Shown piece by piece: positions 24,025 through 39,536 of a DNA stretch of 64,000 bases. The position numbers and the translations under genes are program-made. The notes under the pieces are model-generated. The model had not been told where the DNA came from. It saw nothing but the letters and a program-made list of their open reading frames with translations, and searched no databases. The stretch spans positions 19,158,001 through 19,222,000 of the forward strand of contig CM022679.1 of assembly GCA_012295275.1 (NCBI GenBank), given 5' to 3'. Every line of letters begins with the position of its first letter. The stretch's first letter is position 1. This stretch comes from Chrysomallon squamiferum (lineage: Eukaryota > Animalia > Mollusca).

Positions 24025-26714
24025 GAAATATGTATAATCCTCTTTTCGTTTCTTTTTTTTTAACATGAACAGACCTTGATAACTGTTGATAATGCACGTC
24101 TATAGAATTATGAAGCCATATGATACTTGTTGTGTATGGAAGAGCACAATATGCCGCTGAATACTTTGTTAGATTCAGTTAATTGTTACGAGCTGCATGA
24201 TGAAAGAAATATAATCAAGGAGATAAATTACAATGTTAACCAAAAAATCAAATAATGTCCTGTGTTTTGCTTGAAATAAAATTACGTCATATCGATGGTC
24301 ATATAGTATAAAGCAAAAGAAAACATTTAAAGAAAAATAAAACATACTCGAAACTGAACGACTCATTCCAAAAGCTTTATTCTGATCTGAGATGGGGGGT
24401 TTTATTTTCAGAATAATGTATATATAAAAATCGTAAACTAATTTCAGATTTTCTAGTACTCAATGAAGAAATGTTTAAACCTTTAAGAGTGCGGAAAATA
24501 AGTGTGGCAACAGAACTGTTAGTCCGAATATGAATATTATGGCTTTGCTGATTCAACTCTGATAAAATAAGTGAAAATAATTATTTCCAATATCAGATTT
24601 TAATAATCTTAAGATTTCAGAAAAAAAAAAGTTGGGGGAAGAAATGATATTCCTTCTTGTAAAATATTTTTAAAACCCTCCTATCATTCACAAACATAAC
24701 GCACAAACAGTATTCTGCCTTACTTATAAAATAAAAATAAACATATGCCTTTCGTTATGACATTATGAGAGTTGGATAATACAGCTAACTACAATTAAAA
24801 AGAAACAGTAATTATAATACTCTAATAAACATTTTAAATGAAAAAAATTATAAAAATATGGTTTGGTTGTACAGAAACACACACTAGTTAATAATCAGGT
24901 AACAGCATGACACAATGAGTTGGTTTAAAGAACTGAACAGTCAAGCAAGGTCTTTCCTTTCTTTTTGATATAATAAATTGTGTTTTTAGGAGAACTAAGT
25001 TTCAATAGTCTGTCTGTTTTTATCTCAGAGAAAAAGGCTTTATTTTTTTTGTTTATTTATGGCTTTTTTCTGTTTTAATCCACAACATTAATTCATGAAT
25101 TCTATCTCCATAACCTTTACCCTCAAATATGTTACTATTATAATTCGTTGATATCTCTTCCACATTCACACACTCTTTCTCTCTTTGTTTCGCTTTCTCT
25201 CTCTTTCTCATGTAGATTACATAACATGTGTGATGTAATCAAGCCATTAGTCGAATTAAGAACCTCTCAAAACGTGACTTACAACCTGCGACCGTGTTTT
25301 CAGTAATCTAATAGTCTGGACGTCAGTCTACATTTAGTGATACTTTGTTAAGTAAGAACAACATGTATCTAACGACCACAGAGAGGAGATTAAAGAATTT
25401 TGAGAAACATGCATATATGTAATTCATTTTACTGCTTTCTGCTTCCTTCAGTATCCAAAGATCTGAAAATGACTTGAGAAAAACGTAATTTGTTGTACAT
25501 CTGTGTAAATCTATGTTACATTTGTTTTATGGAAATTGATGGAGATGATATTGGTTACATTTTTGCTTTTGTTGTCGTATTAGTTTGGGGAGGGCTATTT
25601 TTTGTTTTGTTGATTGTCTTTCTTTTTTTAATTCTTTATTTCTTTATTGAGTTTTGTTGTTGTTGTTGTTGTTGCATTTATTTAGTTTTTGTTTGTTTAT
25701 TATTATTATTATTATTACTATCTATTTTTTCTTCTTCTTTTTTGCTGTTTTGTTTGAGGATGTTTGATTTTTTAATTTAAAGATTAATGATCGATCTAAA
25801 AAGATTGCTATATTCATTTAGTTGGTTTGTTTTTTATTACTGATTTTTTAAAATTATGTATGCAAAGAAATTGAAAATGTGAGACGATTCCTGCCCAAAA
25901 TCCATTTCAAAATACTGAAATCTTCTTTGATTGAATAACGATTACTATAAGCCTTTAATGTTTTTCTGTAGCTAACAATAAACACAGTAATTTAATATAA
26001 ATGTTCAGAACAAACATAATATCTAGGTTAGACAGATGCGCAAAGTGATAATCACGTAAAACCAGTATACCTCAGTAATGACAACAGGACCTGTCACCTG
26101 TACAGTGTTTTCATTTACTGAAACACAAAATTAATTAATGACAAAATTTAGGTGAGAACTACGTCAGACAGGCCGATCTCCAATATGATAAATATCTGTT
26201 TTCATTCGTTTTAACCGTTTATTTTATTTATAACATCCTGTTGTAATATTAAAGACAAAATTATCTGAAAGCACTAACAGGAATATGTTCTGTGTTTTAT
26301 AATCAGTTGAAGATGACAAAAACCAAATTCATTTTCATGTGAATTCTCGTGACTGGACGAGTTTTTATTTTTGCATGAAAGGATTTGTTCAACTGTTTCA
26401 CATTACCATTTGGAGCCGAGCTCTATATTTTTGCCAACAGCTACCCTGCATACAATTTCCAAATTAATTACAATAACAATTAATGGCCTACGTAATATCT
26501 CACTGTAATCTCAGATCTCAATATCTGTTAAAAATAAAAAATAATAAAAAATATTAAGAAAGAAATAATGATGACTATTGCGGTAAATTATCCTTTTATG
26601 TTATTGTTGTTCTTAGCATATCAGCACAGCAAGGAAAAAAAGATATATGCATACTTATTGTAAAGGACTACATATTTAACTAGAAAGATTGTTGTCATAT
26701 AACGTACTGTCCTT

Positions 26715-26865
26715 TTTATTAGCAGCAATGTATTTTTATACGCCTGTTTCCACAGGAAAGAACATTCTGAAATCTAGCTGGGGTAGGGAATGACAAATAG
26801 CCTGACACAGAAACAGGTAAACTTATGGCCAGTCAGATCTCAAACTAACGCTCTAACCACTGACC
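26715..26865 (-). mobile_element. Degenerate tRNA-derived SINE
   Basis: Minus strand starts TCAGTGGTTAGAGCGTT (tRNA A-box-like) and has a core-like CTGTGGAAA...TATAAAAATACATTGCTGCTAAT segment. Confidence 0.5.
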
Positions 26866-28811
26866 CCCACCTTACTTTCTAAGTAAAGCAACAAAATGCA
26901 GAAACACCAAGGAAAATTGCTAAATTCTTCCTTACGAGCGACATATCCCACCTAATGTACTTATCGTTTGATTGCTTCTGTAACTTTTCAGTTTTATGAC
27001 CGATTTAATGACAAAAAATTTGATTATTGTTTATCAGTGACAGTCTTAAAGTTGTCGAGAGATTGTTAAAAAATAAATGTTCTTAATTTATTTGAGAAAG
27101 TTTAAATTTGATAGCTTCATCAAGATAAATTATAACAAAAAAGAGCAACCGAAAGAAAATTCTCTATTATGTTTCGACATTCAGCATTTAAAAATATTTA
27201 AATAAAAAGGGGGGAGTATAATTTATTAAAGTAACTTATACTTACAAACGTTTCCTGTGGTAAATGTATAATGTATGAAACTAACAATAATGATGGTTGT
27301 TGTTACTAACGTTATTTTTTAATTTTATAAAAAGATTATCCCTTTGGTCAAAAAAGGAATGTTGACAGAAGATTTTTCAATAAACAACTGTCAAATAAAG
27401 ATTTAAAAAAATTAAATTATGTTTCTCTTTTCTTTAAAATTTGTTTAGTAGCTAATGAATAATACTTATGTTTTATTGAGGCAGTTTTGCTATTCTCATT
27501 TTCATTGCTGTCAGCAGAAATCATTAGAGTACATAATTACACGATCTTTGTGAACGACCTCTTTTCGAGATTGTCTTCTCCGGCCCTGTTAATTGCCATG
27601 GCAGTCCTCGAGTCAACAAGAAGCACAAATTAAAGCAATAAACCAGATGATTGCTTAACGGCGCCCTGCTGCACAGAGAATGATAACTGAATACAGCAGA
27701 TGGGATATGCTCACTGCAAACAGCATAATTGCTTTCGCCAGACAATCACATCTTGCTGCAATCAAATGTTTGTCAATATTACGAATTGCTTTTAATTAGG
27801 CTTCCTAACAACACAGTTGTACCACAGAACCAAACTGCTCAAGTGGAACAGACATATTCATCATAACTAATTATCTCTATTACGTAACTACTGAATATTG
27901 TAACAGCTCTTATCTAGGTATTCTGATGTATGTGGTGATTCTAATTCCCGTTGATGATATTTACCTCAGTTATACTCCTTTGATTACACTTCTCTCTGCT
28001 TTTGGTTCTTTATCTTCGTCATCTTCTTTTTCTTCTTCATTTCTTCTCTTCTACATATTATTTTTATCTTAATACGAAATATCTCTAATCAAAGCTTTTA
28101 AGAGAATGTATGAATGAATGAATAAAATGCGGTTGCTCGTATAATTACATATTACTTTTGCTGATACTTTGATGTTTTTTTAACAAAATGGTGGTATAAG
28201 AAATCTTAAACGAAGAAAATAATTAATCAACTGTTAACTCTCCAGGTCAGTAGCAGATAAAACAGCCGTAGAGGCTGATTGAATGACATACTTAAAGAGA
28301 AAGAGAGAAAACAAATACAAGTATACATATTTCTAGATGTTTCATAATTGTATAATCACTGTCATAAGTAAACTAAATGGATACCCATTGCAGAATTGTA
28401 AGTTTGGTAACGGTGTTTCACTCATCAACAGTTTGCTTATTGGCTAGCCCTATATTTTAGCATTAGCTTCTCAGTGAAGTCTTTGAAGTGAGTTTTAATC
28501 ATCAACAAGGAAATATTCAGTAATGATTAGGCAGTAACCTTTCTTAGAAATGATGTCAAAGGATGTTTGATCAGTGGAAGATTGCTGTCATATAATCATC
28601 GTCATGTCTTGGTTAGATGATTAGTTTTATCATTAGTTGCCCTTTTTCTACAAATGTTTATTGAAGCGACAGCGTCAAAGAAAACTGTGCTGCCGAAATA
28701 AATGAATTTTTATATTTTTATAGAACACGTTTAATAAATATATACCCTTATCAAAAACGAACATCTGGTTGAACAAAACAAAATTTAAAGTATAAGTAAT
28801 AGTAAAAAGAA

Positions 28812-28860
28812 GAAAGAAATGTTTTATTTAACAATGCATCAGCATGTTTTTAATTCACAG
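28812..28860 (-). mobile_element. 3' tail fragment of the SINE family seen at 8090-8293
   Basis: GAAAGAAATGTTTTATTT is the reverse complement of the tail at 8273-8290. Confidence 0.5.
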
Positions 28861-30477
28861 CATCATTTAATTCATACTGTTAATAGTAAGGAAACACGGC
28901 GTGATGGTATTGACTAGGACGTGAAATACTCGCACAGAAGAGGATTGGTATTGAAAAAAACGCACTAGTTTAAAATTTGCTGCAATAATAAGTATAAAGG
29001 TTTTATCTTTGCTATTATAAGAAATAAAACTGCAGTAGAACTTGATGAAGTCAGTCATTATAATGCGTCATGTGCAATGAAGTGTTTGTCGGTATATTAT
29101 TCTACATATAAGTATTATAGTATATTTATAATACTATATTTTAGTATAATTACTTAATGTATGAGAATATTTAACAGTTTTTAGATAATAATCATTTAAC
29201 ACGATCATTATTACTTGTTTTATTGTCTTCCCGGAGACTAGATTTTCATGCAGAATAAATACGTCCGTAGAATCTGTATTAGTGCTGAAGGGTGCAGTAA
29301 ATTTAAAAGAAATAAAATATTTATATTTTGCATTAGTTTATGTTCAGAGTTGAAAATATGTGTTTCTTGACTGTGCCAGTTTGCAGAAAAATTACACAGC
29401 TTCTCGCTGATTTGAATGATCCTAAATGTGCATATGTGTAAGCGTGTTTATTCAGTTTGCTGACTTAGAAAAGCTCAATTACCTAAGAAATACCAAACTA
29501 GTATTCAGAGCGGCAGTATTTTGTCATACCTCTAAATTTTATCAAGTATAAATCATTACACAACAACCTGCAGATTACGTGACCAAAAATTGTAAATCGA
29601 CCTGAAAGTTTTGAATATTGTTAATTTTATATATATCAATCTATATAATACTATATAGGATGTTTTTCTTTTTTAATTACTTTTTTATTTGTTTTATTTT
29701 TAATTTATTCATTCTTTTGTTTTCTCTTTTTACAATTTTTTTAATTATTATTATTTTATTTTTATTATAAAAGAAGAAGAAAAAAAACTCCACAAATTCG
29801 AATAAAAATATATATTTAGAGTGCCCTCGATTTTGAGGACACCAAAGAAACCAAATTCGTCTGAATAATCAGGGAATTTGTCCGAGATGCTGAACTCAGT
29901 CAATAATAATGTTCATAACTGTATCACGTCTCTGACAGAAAATAAAATAATCATTGAAATGTATGTCTCGGAAACTTGTTTGCACTTTGAATACGGTATA
30001 TGCTTGGTTTACTTATGAAGAAATGTTGAATCCAGTGGACATATCGATATGAGACTAAACTCGATTTCCTCTGAGGTCCATTAATCACAATACAGAACTG
30101 ATAAGTTGTTTGCAGACTCGCACAGCTTTCAGTTTGTTGCAGTTTCTTTCTCTCTATTTATATATGTTTCCATTAACAGGTTTTTATGGACATGAAACTT
30201 TATTATTTACGTACATTATCAGCATGATCGATAGTAATGAATCCGCTTTAATTAAATGTTGCAAATTACTTTATGCATTTTCAGAGTGTTGGCAGCTGCT
30301 GGTGATCAAACAAAGCAATTTAGAATAGTAATTGTATACTGGCTTGATGATCTACGGATAATTATGTATGAAAATTGTATATCCAGTAAAGTTTAACTCT
30401 GTTCCCGTATTTCTGTACGCACTGCTGACTTTCTTTCACCGTTGTCTACTCTGGTTCTTTCATTTTCTCTATTTATT

Positions 30478-30545
<68 letters not shown>

Positions 30546-31375
30546 GAGAAAATATTTAAATACTGAAATATAACAAACGTCATAAGTGTTTATGTTCCAG
30601 TTTTAATATAGATCATCATCTATATCATTATTATTTTAAAAAACAACAACAAAAAAAATAAAAAAATAAAGAAAAATAAACAGAAGAAGATAATGAAAAG
30701 CTATCCAAATATCAGTCATCTGCTTTTCAGATATTTAGTATTAATAACATTAAGAGTTCGTATTTCGTAATTTAATTATTTTCTTCATCTCTCTACGAGC
30801 AAGGTTTGCCATAAATACCACAGTTTCAGGAAGCAGTCATGACTCCCTGATATAAATCTTCACCAAAAGATGAACAGTGTCAGACATCGTAAGAATTATT
30901 CAAAGATTCTTGTTATTTAATTTCAATTTTAATGCCGTCGTTCGCCACAGTTTCCGTTCATTCGTCAGACAAAAGACAAATCTGTCATAAAGAGTTATTT
31001 TAGAATTGTAAACTTGTTCCTATAAATCTATCAGTGTAACATGTTTCATAGGTGTTTAGCGCTAGTTTAAAGATTGGAGTAATTAACCATTTACTTATTT
31101 ATGACCAATTACCATTCAAAACCTGAAACAAATAATTCGTCCTTTTCTTATTAAAAAAATAAATCTCACTTCATGAACTGTGTTAAATTTTGCCTTTTCG
31201 TTAAATGAACTAATCGTAAATTATTTTATCAAGTTCCAAACTTTAGTGACTATTCTTTTTTCTTTTTTTTTATAGGTGATAAATTTTTATCAATAAAATA
31301 AAGCATCACAATACGTAAAGAAGCTGATATTATTATTTTTATATATTTTTAGTACATTTTTTGTTCTTATTTATT

Positions 31376-31430
<55 letters not shown>

Positions 31431-34400
31431 GTCTTTTGTTGTTGTTATATATTTTTTCATCATAAATTCTGCTTCTGTACAATTAAAAATACACTTTAAG
31501 CTATTGAAATTAGTCATCAAGCAGGACACACCACATTTCTCAACAAACCACAAACAGAGTTATTGAACGGAAATTAGAAATAATCCTATGGGCGAACAAA
31601 GCTGTTTTGGCGAGCTCTTTGCCCAGCTTTGTTATACTCGGTACCTTGTCTGACAACTATTTCTGTATGAAAAACATAGCCCTCTGTTACAGTCACTGAA
31701 GGCAAGTAATAACCACGGTATTCGTTAATTGTAATAGCAAGAACACGTGTGAGAACCGGAATTCTATGGGATCTTCATTATCTCCAGTCCGGTTCCCACA
31801 GAGACAGAAGGAATGTAGCTATAAGCACCACATATATTTGATTCCTGTCACTTCCTCCACCGTGTTCACTTTAATTATGTTCCTTAACTGATATTCTACC
31901 AGTGCTTTATTGGATTTTCAATTTCCAGCACGCTTTTCTTGTGTTGCACTTATTACACAAATAATTATGATTATTACAGCACTTGATCTTTGCTGATTAA
32001 AGAATATTTTGTTCAAGTGCAGTTAAATTATCATTTTTTTATTTTTTATTTTTTTCATGTATATATTTTTCTAATATTCTATATAATATTCTCTCTCAGG
32101 TTTCTGAAGTTTCTTTTTTCTTTTTGTTCTAATGCAGATTTTCGTTTTTTGTTGTTTTTTTATTGTTTGTTTGTTTGTTTGCTTGCTTGCTGTGTTGTTG
32201 TTGTTTTTTTCTTTTCTTTTTTTCTTTTTTACTTTACCAAATGTTCTTGTTTATGAAGGGATGTGGAATGTTTTAGTTTTTATTTTATTCCAACTGTTCT
32301 TTTTGCTTTTGTTCTTTGGGTTTTTCTTTTTATTTTTATTTTTTTTTTTTTTTTTTTATCTATTTATTAATTCTTTATTATCTGTCATAGATTCCGGTTT
32401 TATTGCATATCCTATTTGATTTCCTTTTTAAAACTTTTTTTTTTTTTTTTTTATAATTAAACTTTTTTAACCTATTATTTATTTATTTGTTTGTTTATTT
32501 GTTTGTTTGTTTTTTTTTTTTTTTTTTTTTTTTACTTCTGCAGTGAAAAAAAGATAAATAAAGAATTGAAAATATGTTTCTTAAAAAAGTTCCTCAATCT
32601 TAATCATCTTTTCATACCGAAAATATCTCTAAAGCCATTTAGTAAATGTCCTGTAACTGACTGTACAGCCAGCTGTTAAAGTGGAATATATTGTGTATCT
32701 TTTGTTGTATAGTAGCAGAACATCTTCAGCTGACCGCCATTTCTTGACTGTAGACGATATCAATACATTTTCTGTATTTGGAAATAATATCCGAGTGGCT
32801 GGAAGTTTGATTTAGCTCTTTTGCTTTGTTATATTATTTAACTAATATATAAAGAAATAAAATCATAATTTAATAAAATACCCACAACAGGCATATTCAT
32901 CACGACTGAATAATAAGCCTATTTCTAACTGTATGCGTTTATGTAAAGGTTGTCGAGGTCTGACTATCTTTCACACCAGTGCCGTTACTTAATCCTTTCT
33001 GAAAAGAGCAGATAGCCACCGCCTTTCAAGCAATGATCGGGGAAACGTGTAGCGGATTCTGAAGCCTAACCGCCTGTCAGATACAGATGACAACATGACA
33101 ACTGACTTTTAGAAAGGTCTTTCGTCTGCTGGACACAATATTTTTACCACTTTCATTAATTTGGAGTTTAAACATTAATAGAATTTCTGTAATACAGTTT
33201 AACGACAATATCTGCTTATTCCATTTAGTATATTCATCTAAAAAACTGTTTTTTCAAATATGAAAATATATTTATAAAAATGCGCAGAATAAGATTTCCC
33301 ATGCGATTTATTTTATTATTTAAGGGCATAACATGTTCCACTCTCAGAATCTTCTAAGTGGGTGTTTAAGAATATTTTTACTTTAATAATGTAAGACAAA
33401 ATTCTCTTGACAATTTTTAAAGCTAAATCATGCAACAAAGTTTTTGCTGCCGAATGTCAAAATATTTCACATTTCAGCCAAAGCCTCATCACTGGCATAG
33501 CACAGGTCTTAGTTCTTCAGTCGTATATAAAATAATGAACAAAAATAGTGCGAAAGCTTAATCGCTAATTGTAATCATAGCGTTTTGAATATATGATTTA
33601 CCAAGTTGATGATATATTAAACCCTGTACGTTAGAACTGAAATACGCTCCTGTTTGGTGACTACAAAACGTTACGCGTGAAGATTATTTCGTTTATATGA
33701 ATTCTTTCGCGTACTCATTTCAAAATTTTGAAATGTAATACTTCACATCGGACCTGTTCGCTAATGTATAGCTTTTTTTTATATTATGAAAATAGCTTTC
33801 ATTAAAAGCATCTACTGCGTTTGTTGGGCCATTCTGGAGACAACTAATTTCACATAAAATCAGATTACACAGAGGTCAGCGTAGAATGCAATCATGTTGG
33901 CAGCCGTTTACTATCTTGGTACGCCATTAATGCATGTAATTAAACAGGTGACTGTCTGGTAATGCGCTAAATGAAACTAATTATTAGTATCAGCTTGCAA
34001 TTATCTGTGGTTAAGATGAGTTTGGTCTTAGAACCTGGAGAAAGGTAACAATAAAACCATTCGTGTTTTCTTCGCAGAATGCAGTTTAACTGGAATACTG
34101 TTGCAGGGTATCATAGGTTTTGTTAAGATTGATAAAAAAACAACAAACAAATAAATAGAAAGAAATATATAGTTACATGCATGGCTGAAAGAAATGAACA
34201 ATAGGGAAATAAAAGAATAATAACATAGAAAAGTGAAAAAGAAAGTATGAAGATTCAAAGAAAAATGAGCCTAAATAAGGAACAAATTACGTATTTCAAA
34301 ACAATGACAATGGTCATGTAAATCTCTCTATAGGTTATCTGATGCTTAGGTTAATTAGTATCTCTGTATCATATTCTAGACTAACAAAAAAATCCTAGAC

Positions 34401-35396
34401 CGTAAAAGAGAAGATATTTTACATTAAAATAAAAATACAGGTTTGTAATATTAAAACTGAATGATTCTTTATTTTGGAGATAACAGTATTAACGCAGATT
34501 AGAAAAAAGTAAAAGTTATTTGATTTTATACAGAACATGTTTTAAAGCATAAAAATGTCTTAATGTGGTCAGCAGTGATAGATAGCTGAAGAAAAAATGC
34601 ACTAATGAATCACCAATCTACGTCATACGAGACTTTTTTCTATAATCCTTTGAATGAATAATGAGCAAGAGCAAATTTTTCTTTGTTTCTTTTTTTAATC
34701 TTACTTTCTTCTTAGATTGTTTTTGTTTCCATTTAAAACTTTAAATCCTTTTCATCAGAGACCTTCCTTAAATTAATAGCTTGTAATTTTTTTTTTTTTT
34801 TTTGAAGTTATGATTGATATGAGTTGTTTTTCACTAGCCGGTATGTTTTCTAACAGTCAGTCTTTTCATGCTTTGCGCAGTGACATTATATTCATGGCAC
34901 TTTTTTACCTTTTATTTTTCATTTATTTATTTATTTATTTATTTATGTGCGTATAATGTACTGGAAGACAAATTTGATATCCTAAGAAACATGTTCTAAA
35001 TGCTGGCATATTTTTGAAAGCTTACTAAAAGAATCAGGCTGATTTATTGCTAGAAAATTTAACAGATTTCATTTCATTTCAAGCTAGTAAAACGTTAACA
35101 ACTAGAAATCATGACTGGTGATTTTCGCAGTTGCATACAATTAAAAGTTTATAAATATAATTTGTGAAAGATAATACTTCCAAACTATACATGTAAATTA
35201 ATAAAGATGTAGAAAATAATAATAAGAAGAAGAAGAAGAAAAAGAAGAAGAAGAAAACAAAGAAGAACAAGAACCAAAAGAAGAAGGAGCAGAAGAACAA
35301 ATACATAAAATTAAGTTAATAAGTAAAAAATGCAGCGTTTGTTAATATTATTTTCCGCAGTGAATAGTTAATTTAGTTCTCCACTGAGCTTCACAA

Positions 35397-35476
<80 letters not shown>

Positions 35477-35527
35477 TAATAATAATAGTAATAATAACGA
35501 CAATAATAATATAACAATAATAATAAT
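35397..35527. repeat. (AAT)n microsatellite
   Basis: AAT run with a few variant triplets. Confidence 0.95.
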
Positions 35528-36149
35528 GCCAAATAGTAGTTCTTTGATTATTGATAAAGAAAAAATTAATATAATAACGGAACGAATATTATTACCATCA
35601 ATTTTTTTTTTTTTTTTTGTGTGTGTGTGTTATTGTTAAACTTGTCATTACTTTTCTACCTACTTTATAGTTTCTTCATTTATGTAAATTAACTACTTCT
35701 GTAAGAAATTTTATGCATGATGTTTGGTGTTATGTCACTAAAAAAATTTGTCCATGTTTTGTGTGGAGAAAATGATATATGGTTATAAAAAAACTACGCT
35801 TAATCGCTCCATGGATCAATAATGTTGATGCTGTAAATTGTCAAAATGAAATTATAGCGGCAATCGTGTCAGTTCCTAGTCTTATTGGATTTTGTCTTCT
35901 TTTTTAGATTCAGTTGTTCCGAATAGATGATCAGCAGCTTTTCACTTTCTGCTTTTGTTTCCTTTTGGATGTTTTATAATTATTTCTACCATATTTATTT
36001 TATTTTATTTTATTTTTATTTTTAATTTTATTTTTATTTTATTTTTTGTTACCTGTTTTTAAATAAGAAAAATGTATTTATAAATGACAAATACTGTATA
36101 ATGAAAAAATAAAAGAGAATGTAAAGAAATAAATTGTTTTGTAAAGTGT

Positions 36150-36612
36150 ATCTTGGCGATCAGACAAATTATTTTAAGGCCTTTGGCTGCAGTTACAGCC
36201 TTTATCGACTCCTTCAGCTTCAGCATGGTACATATGGTACAAGTACTATGCTAGTACTGCCTGGCCAATTCAACTACATGCACACCTCTTTCATGTTTTT
36301 CTATGAATTCAAGCTTTAATTCAATGGACATCATCCGCTTCTTCTTCTCAGCACTGTCCTTTGCACTCACTTTCTTACGAAAAAAGAAATTTGGCAAAAT
36401 ACTGCTCAAAAAGCGAGCACGACATAACAGAGATGCTTCCACGAGGTAATCACGTGAAGCAAAGGAGTAAACCGCGAGATAGCGGCGGCGTTTCTGAAAC
36501 TAGATCGTAAATCGGATTTTGGCTCGCAATTCAAAGCAAAAGATCGGCAGGGCGATTGCCCGTAATTCGATAAACTCGTAAGGTGGGGCACTCCTAAGTC
36601 GAGGTACCACTA
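36150..36612 (-). mobile_element. Tigger/pogo transposon 5' fragment (TIR plus CENP-B-type N-terminal HTH)
   Basis: Minus strand begins TA-TAGTGGTACCTCG (Tigger-type TIR, abutting a TA run). Translation gives KKVSAKDSAEKKKRMMSIELKLEFIEKHERGVHVVELARQY*HSTCTICTMLKLKESIKAVTAAKGLKII. Confidence 0.88.
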
Positions 36613-39536
36613 TATATATATATATAAGCCATATTCATTAAATATGCATTTAACTCTGTCGTTTGCATGTCTAAACTTGAAATACCTGGGAAATTATTCA
36701 TGTTTTCTACAGGTGCAAATGTTTTCAATCAAATGATTTGCAATTTCCGGTGAGCTTTTGTTTGACTGCTCATTGCATTTTCTGTCTAATTTTTGTTTCT
36801 TTTGTTTATTTATCTTTTCATTTTCCATTTTTTTTTTAGTTATCTTTTTCTTTTTTATTTGTTTAGATTTGTTTTTTTATTAATTAAATTTCTTATTCAC
36901 TATCTTTACTGTTTAATAATCTAAAACAAAAATATTCTGTCTTATTTTTTTTTCTCTCCATTATTCTGCTCCAGCTACTTTTTCACTGCATAATTCAAAG
37001 ACAATTTATTGTGTTTCTCGTTATTTTTCCAAGCCATTTCTTGCTTAAAGAAACAAAATACATCAACGCCACCGGCATTGTCGAAATTGGAAATACATAT
37101 TATCAAGGGCTTGCTTCCAGATAAATATTAATTTGACTAAAAAGTGAGCCACCATACTAAAACATTCAGATTCGTTAGCGCACATTGTTTTTTTTGGTTT
37201 TATTATTAAGCCATAACTTCCTTTTGGCTAACCTTTTCCTTTTGGCAATGTCATGGATTTCTTATTTATTGTATCTGTTGAATATGGTGACCGTGTAATT
37301 TAAATTGAGTCTTAAAGCCATTTAAACAAGTCCGAAGCGTTCTTTTATTATTTAATTACCGTGGCGAAATCTAGTTTTAAAGAAAAAGTTGGAATTTTAC
37401 ATAAGCACGCCCGAACATATTACGCACCCTGAGACACGAATACTTTGTTATTGCTTTATTCTACATGATTTACTCGCAAAGATCGAGACTATTTGAAACG
37501 TTGTTTGTTTTATGGTATTCAGCGATTCTGTAATGCCATATGCTCATGTATCCACCTAAGGAGATATTTTTCTTGGAATTTTTGTTGTTAGTTTATTTGG
37601 ATCACCTTATTTTTCTCTCATCGTGAGTGAAGTCATCTCGACATTTCTATTAAAATTCAGTAATTTCGCTGCTATTGCAGCATCTTTGTATTCGTCATTT
37701 ATCTAATTTCTTCTGCTCGTTTTCCCTAAGGTTTTCATTCTGTAACAACCGATAGCAACAACGAAGTACGTTTCGTTTTAAATTAAACGTATATCGCATG
37801 TCGTCTGCAAATCTGTCAGGGGATTCTGGGATTTTATCGACAGTTAGTTCAGCGCAGGAAACAAATAAGAATGAGAAAATAAATCAGTGGATATCAGTCA
37901 GTGGATATTTTGGCAGTTTTGTTTCCTCATTTAAACAACACTGAATTACCATTGTGGTTTTCTAAGTGCCCAGGTCGTATTCTGTTACTTGTTGTCCGTG
38001 AAGTAATGAACTTACAATTTAAAAAAGAAAAACGGAAAACATGAAGAAAAACAAAAGGTCAAACAATGTAATGCATACGAAAATAATGAAAAAAGAAGAG
38101 AAAGTTAAAGTAATTTTTGCAAAGAAAAAAAAGAAAGAAAGAAAAACATAAAAAAATATATAGAGAGAGACAAATGGTAGGTTAGTAAAGAAACAGTGAT
38201 AGTTTAAATTTAATCCCATAAAGCATATTCTCAAATTAATGTCTACTCATTAATTTTTATTATTCTTTTGTTAATTTATAATTTTAAGTATAATCAAAAT
38301 ACGTCGCTGTATTTTAAGAAATCTGAAAACAAGGGATTGTATGAGACCGTTTCCTGGACAGCCGATAGGTCGATTGCTTTCTATTAACAACATGACCATG
38401 ACAGACAGAAATGAACAAATTTATTTGAAGCAAATAGAAAATAACGAGATGAGTCTATCACAGAATCATTTCACCTCTTTCAGAACAGACCATGCGAATG
38501 ATGTATCACTGAAACCCTCGTGATTAACGACGTTGTCTAGAAATCAGTAGACTGGTTCTTAGTTGTTTTTGCGTTATTTTAAAAGCGTATCATCTTATTA
38601 TTTCACAGGCGTGTAACTAGGAAAGTGACCACTGTGAAAATTAGTTTCCTGTTTTCATTATACATTTTCGGTTTTCTGTTTACTATCTTTTTTTTTTTTT
38701 TTAATAAATATTACTGAAATATAATATTTATCTCTCTTTGTGGTTGAGTGATTTTACTACCTTGAAAGAATATTTCATTTAGTTTAATAGATTACTGCAC
38801 TTTCCAGATGACAAGGTTTTGTTTGTTCCTTAATGTTTGGGCGTATGTTTATTTCACAACATCATGTCGCGATGCTAACGGCTTCTCAAAGTAAATTAAA
38901 GTATCAGATTGCTATGAAAATTTGTGCTATGCTTTCGTTTATTAACATACAGTTTCCATTAGTGAAGCGATAAACATGAAGGAACATTCTGCTTTATATT
39001 TTATAGAAAAGATGATCGAATCAGTAAACTTGATCCAGCAGAAAGGGGCGAAGCATTTGATGAAGTCAAGAAAGATGGCCAAAATTGTTATTAATACTGT
39101 ATTTCGATCAGCTTTTTCTTCATTTTAATTACTATGGGAACAAACTAAATTAACGGTTGATATTTTTAGCAGTATACTTTTAAATCAAAATGAAAAAATT
39201 TCTATCAGTCTAATAGAAATGGGTGATGTTAGATCGTCTTATTAACTGATATATCCTGTATAAACACAAAATGCAGGACCGTTGTCTTTTTAACACTTTT
39301 GTTTAAATCATACAACAATGTAACACAGAGAGGCGAAAACGGTTTCGGGAAGGATTAGAAATGATTCGAAAATACAAATAATGGTGTTATACGAATAAAA
39401 ATACAAAATCGTAATTTAGATATAGCATTTATTCTAGAAAAAAAATAGCTTTTCTTAGCCACCCATCTAAAAAGAAAAAAATAAGAGAGAGAAAGAAAGA
39501 AAAAGTAAAAAGTAAAATAAAAAAGAAAAGAAATAG

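Noticed and set aside
31748-31800. Possible pre-miRNA hairpin TGTGAGAACCGGA...TCCGGTTCCCACA
   Set aside because: Only a 13-bp stem with one mismatch and a poorly paired interior; no recognised mature miRNA.
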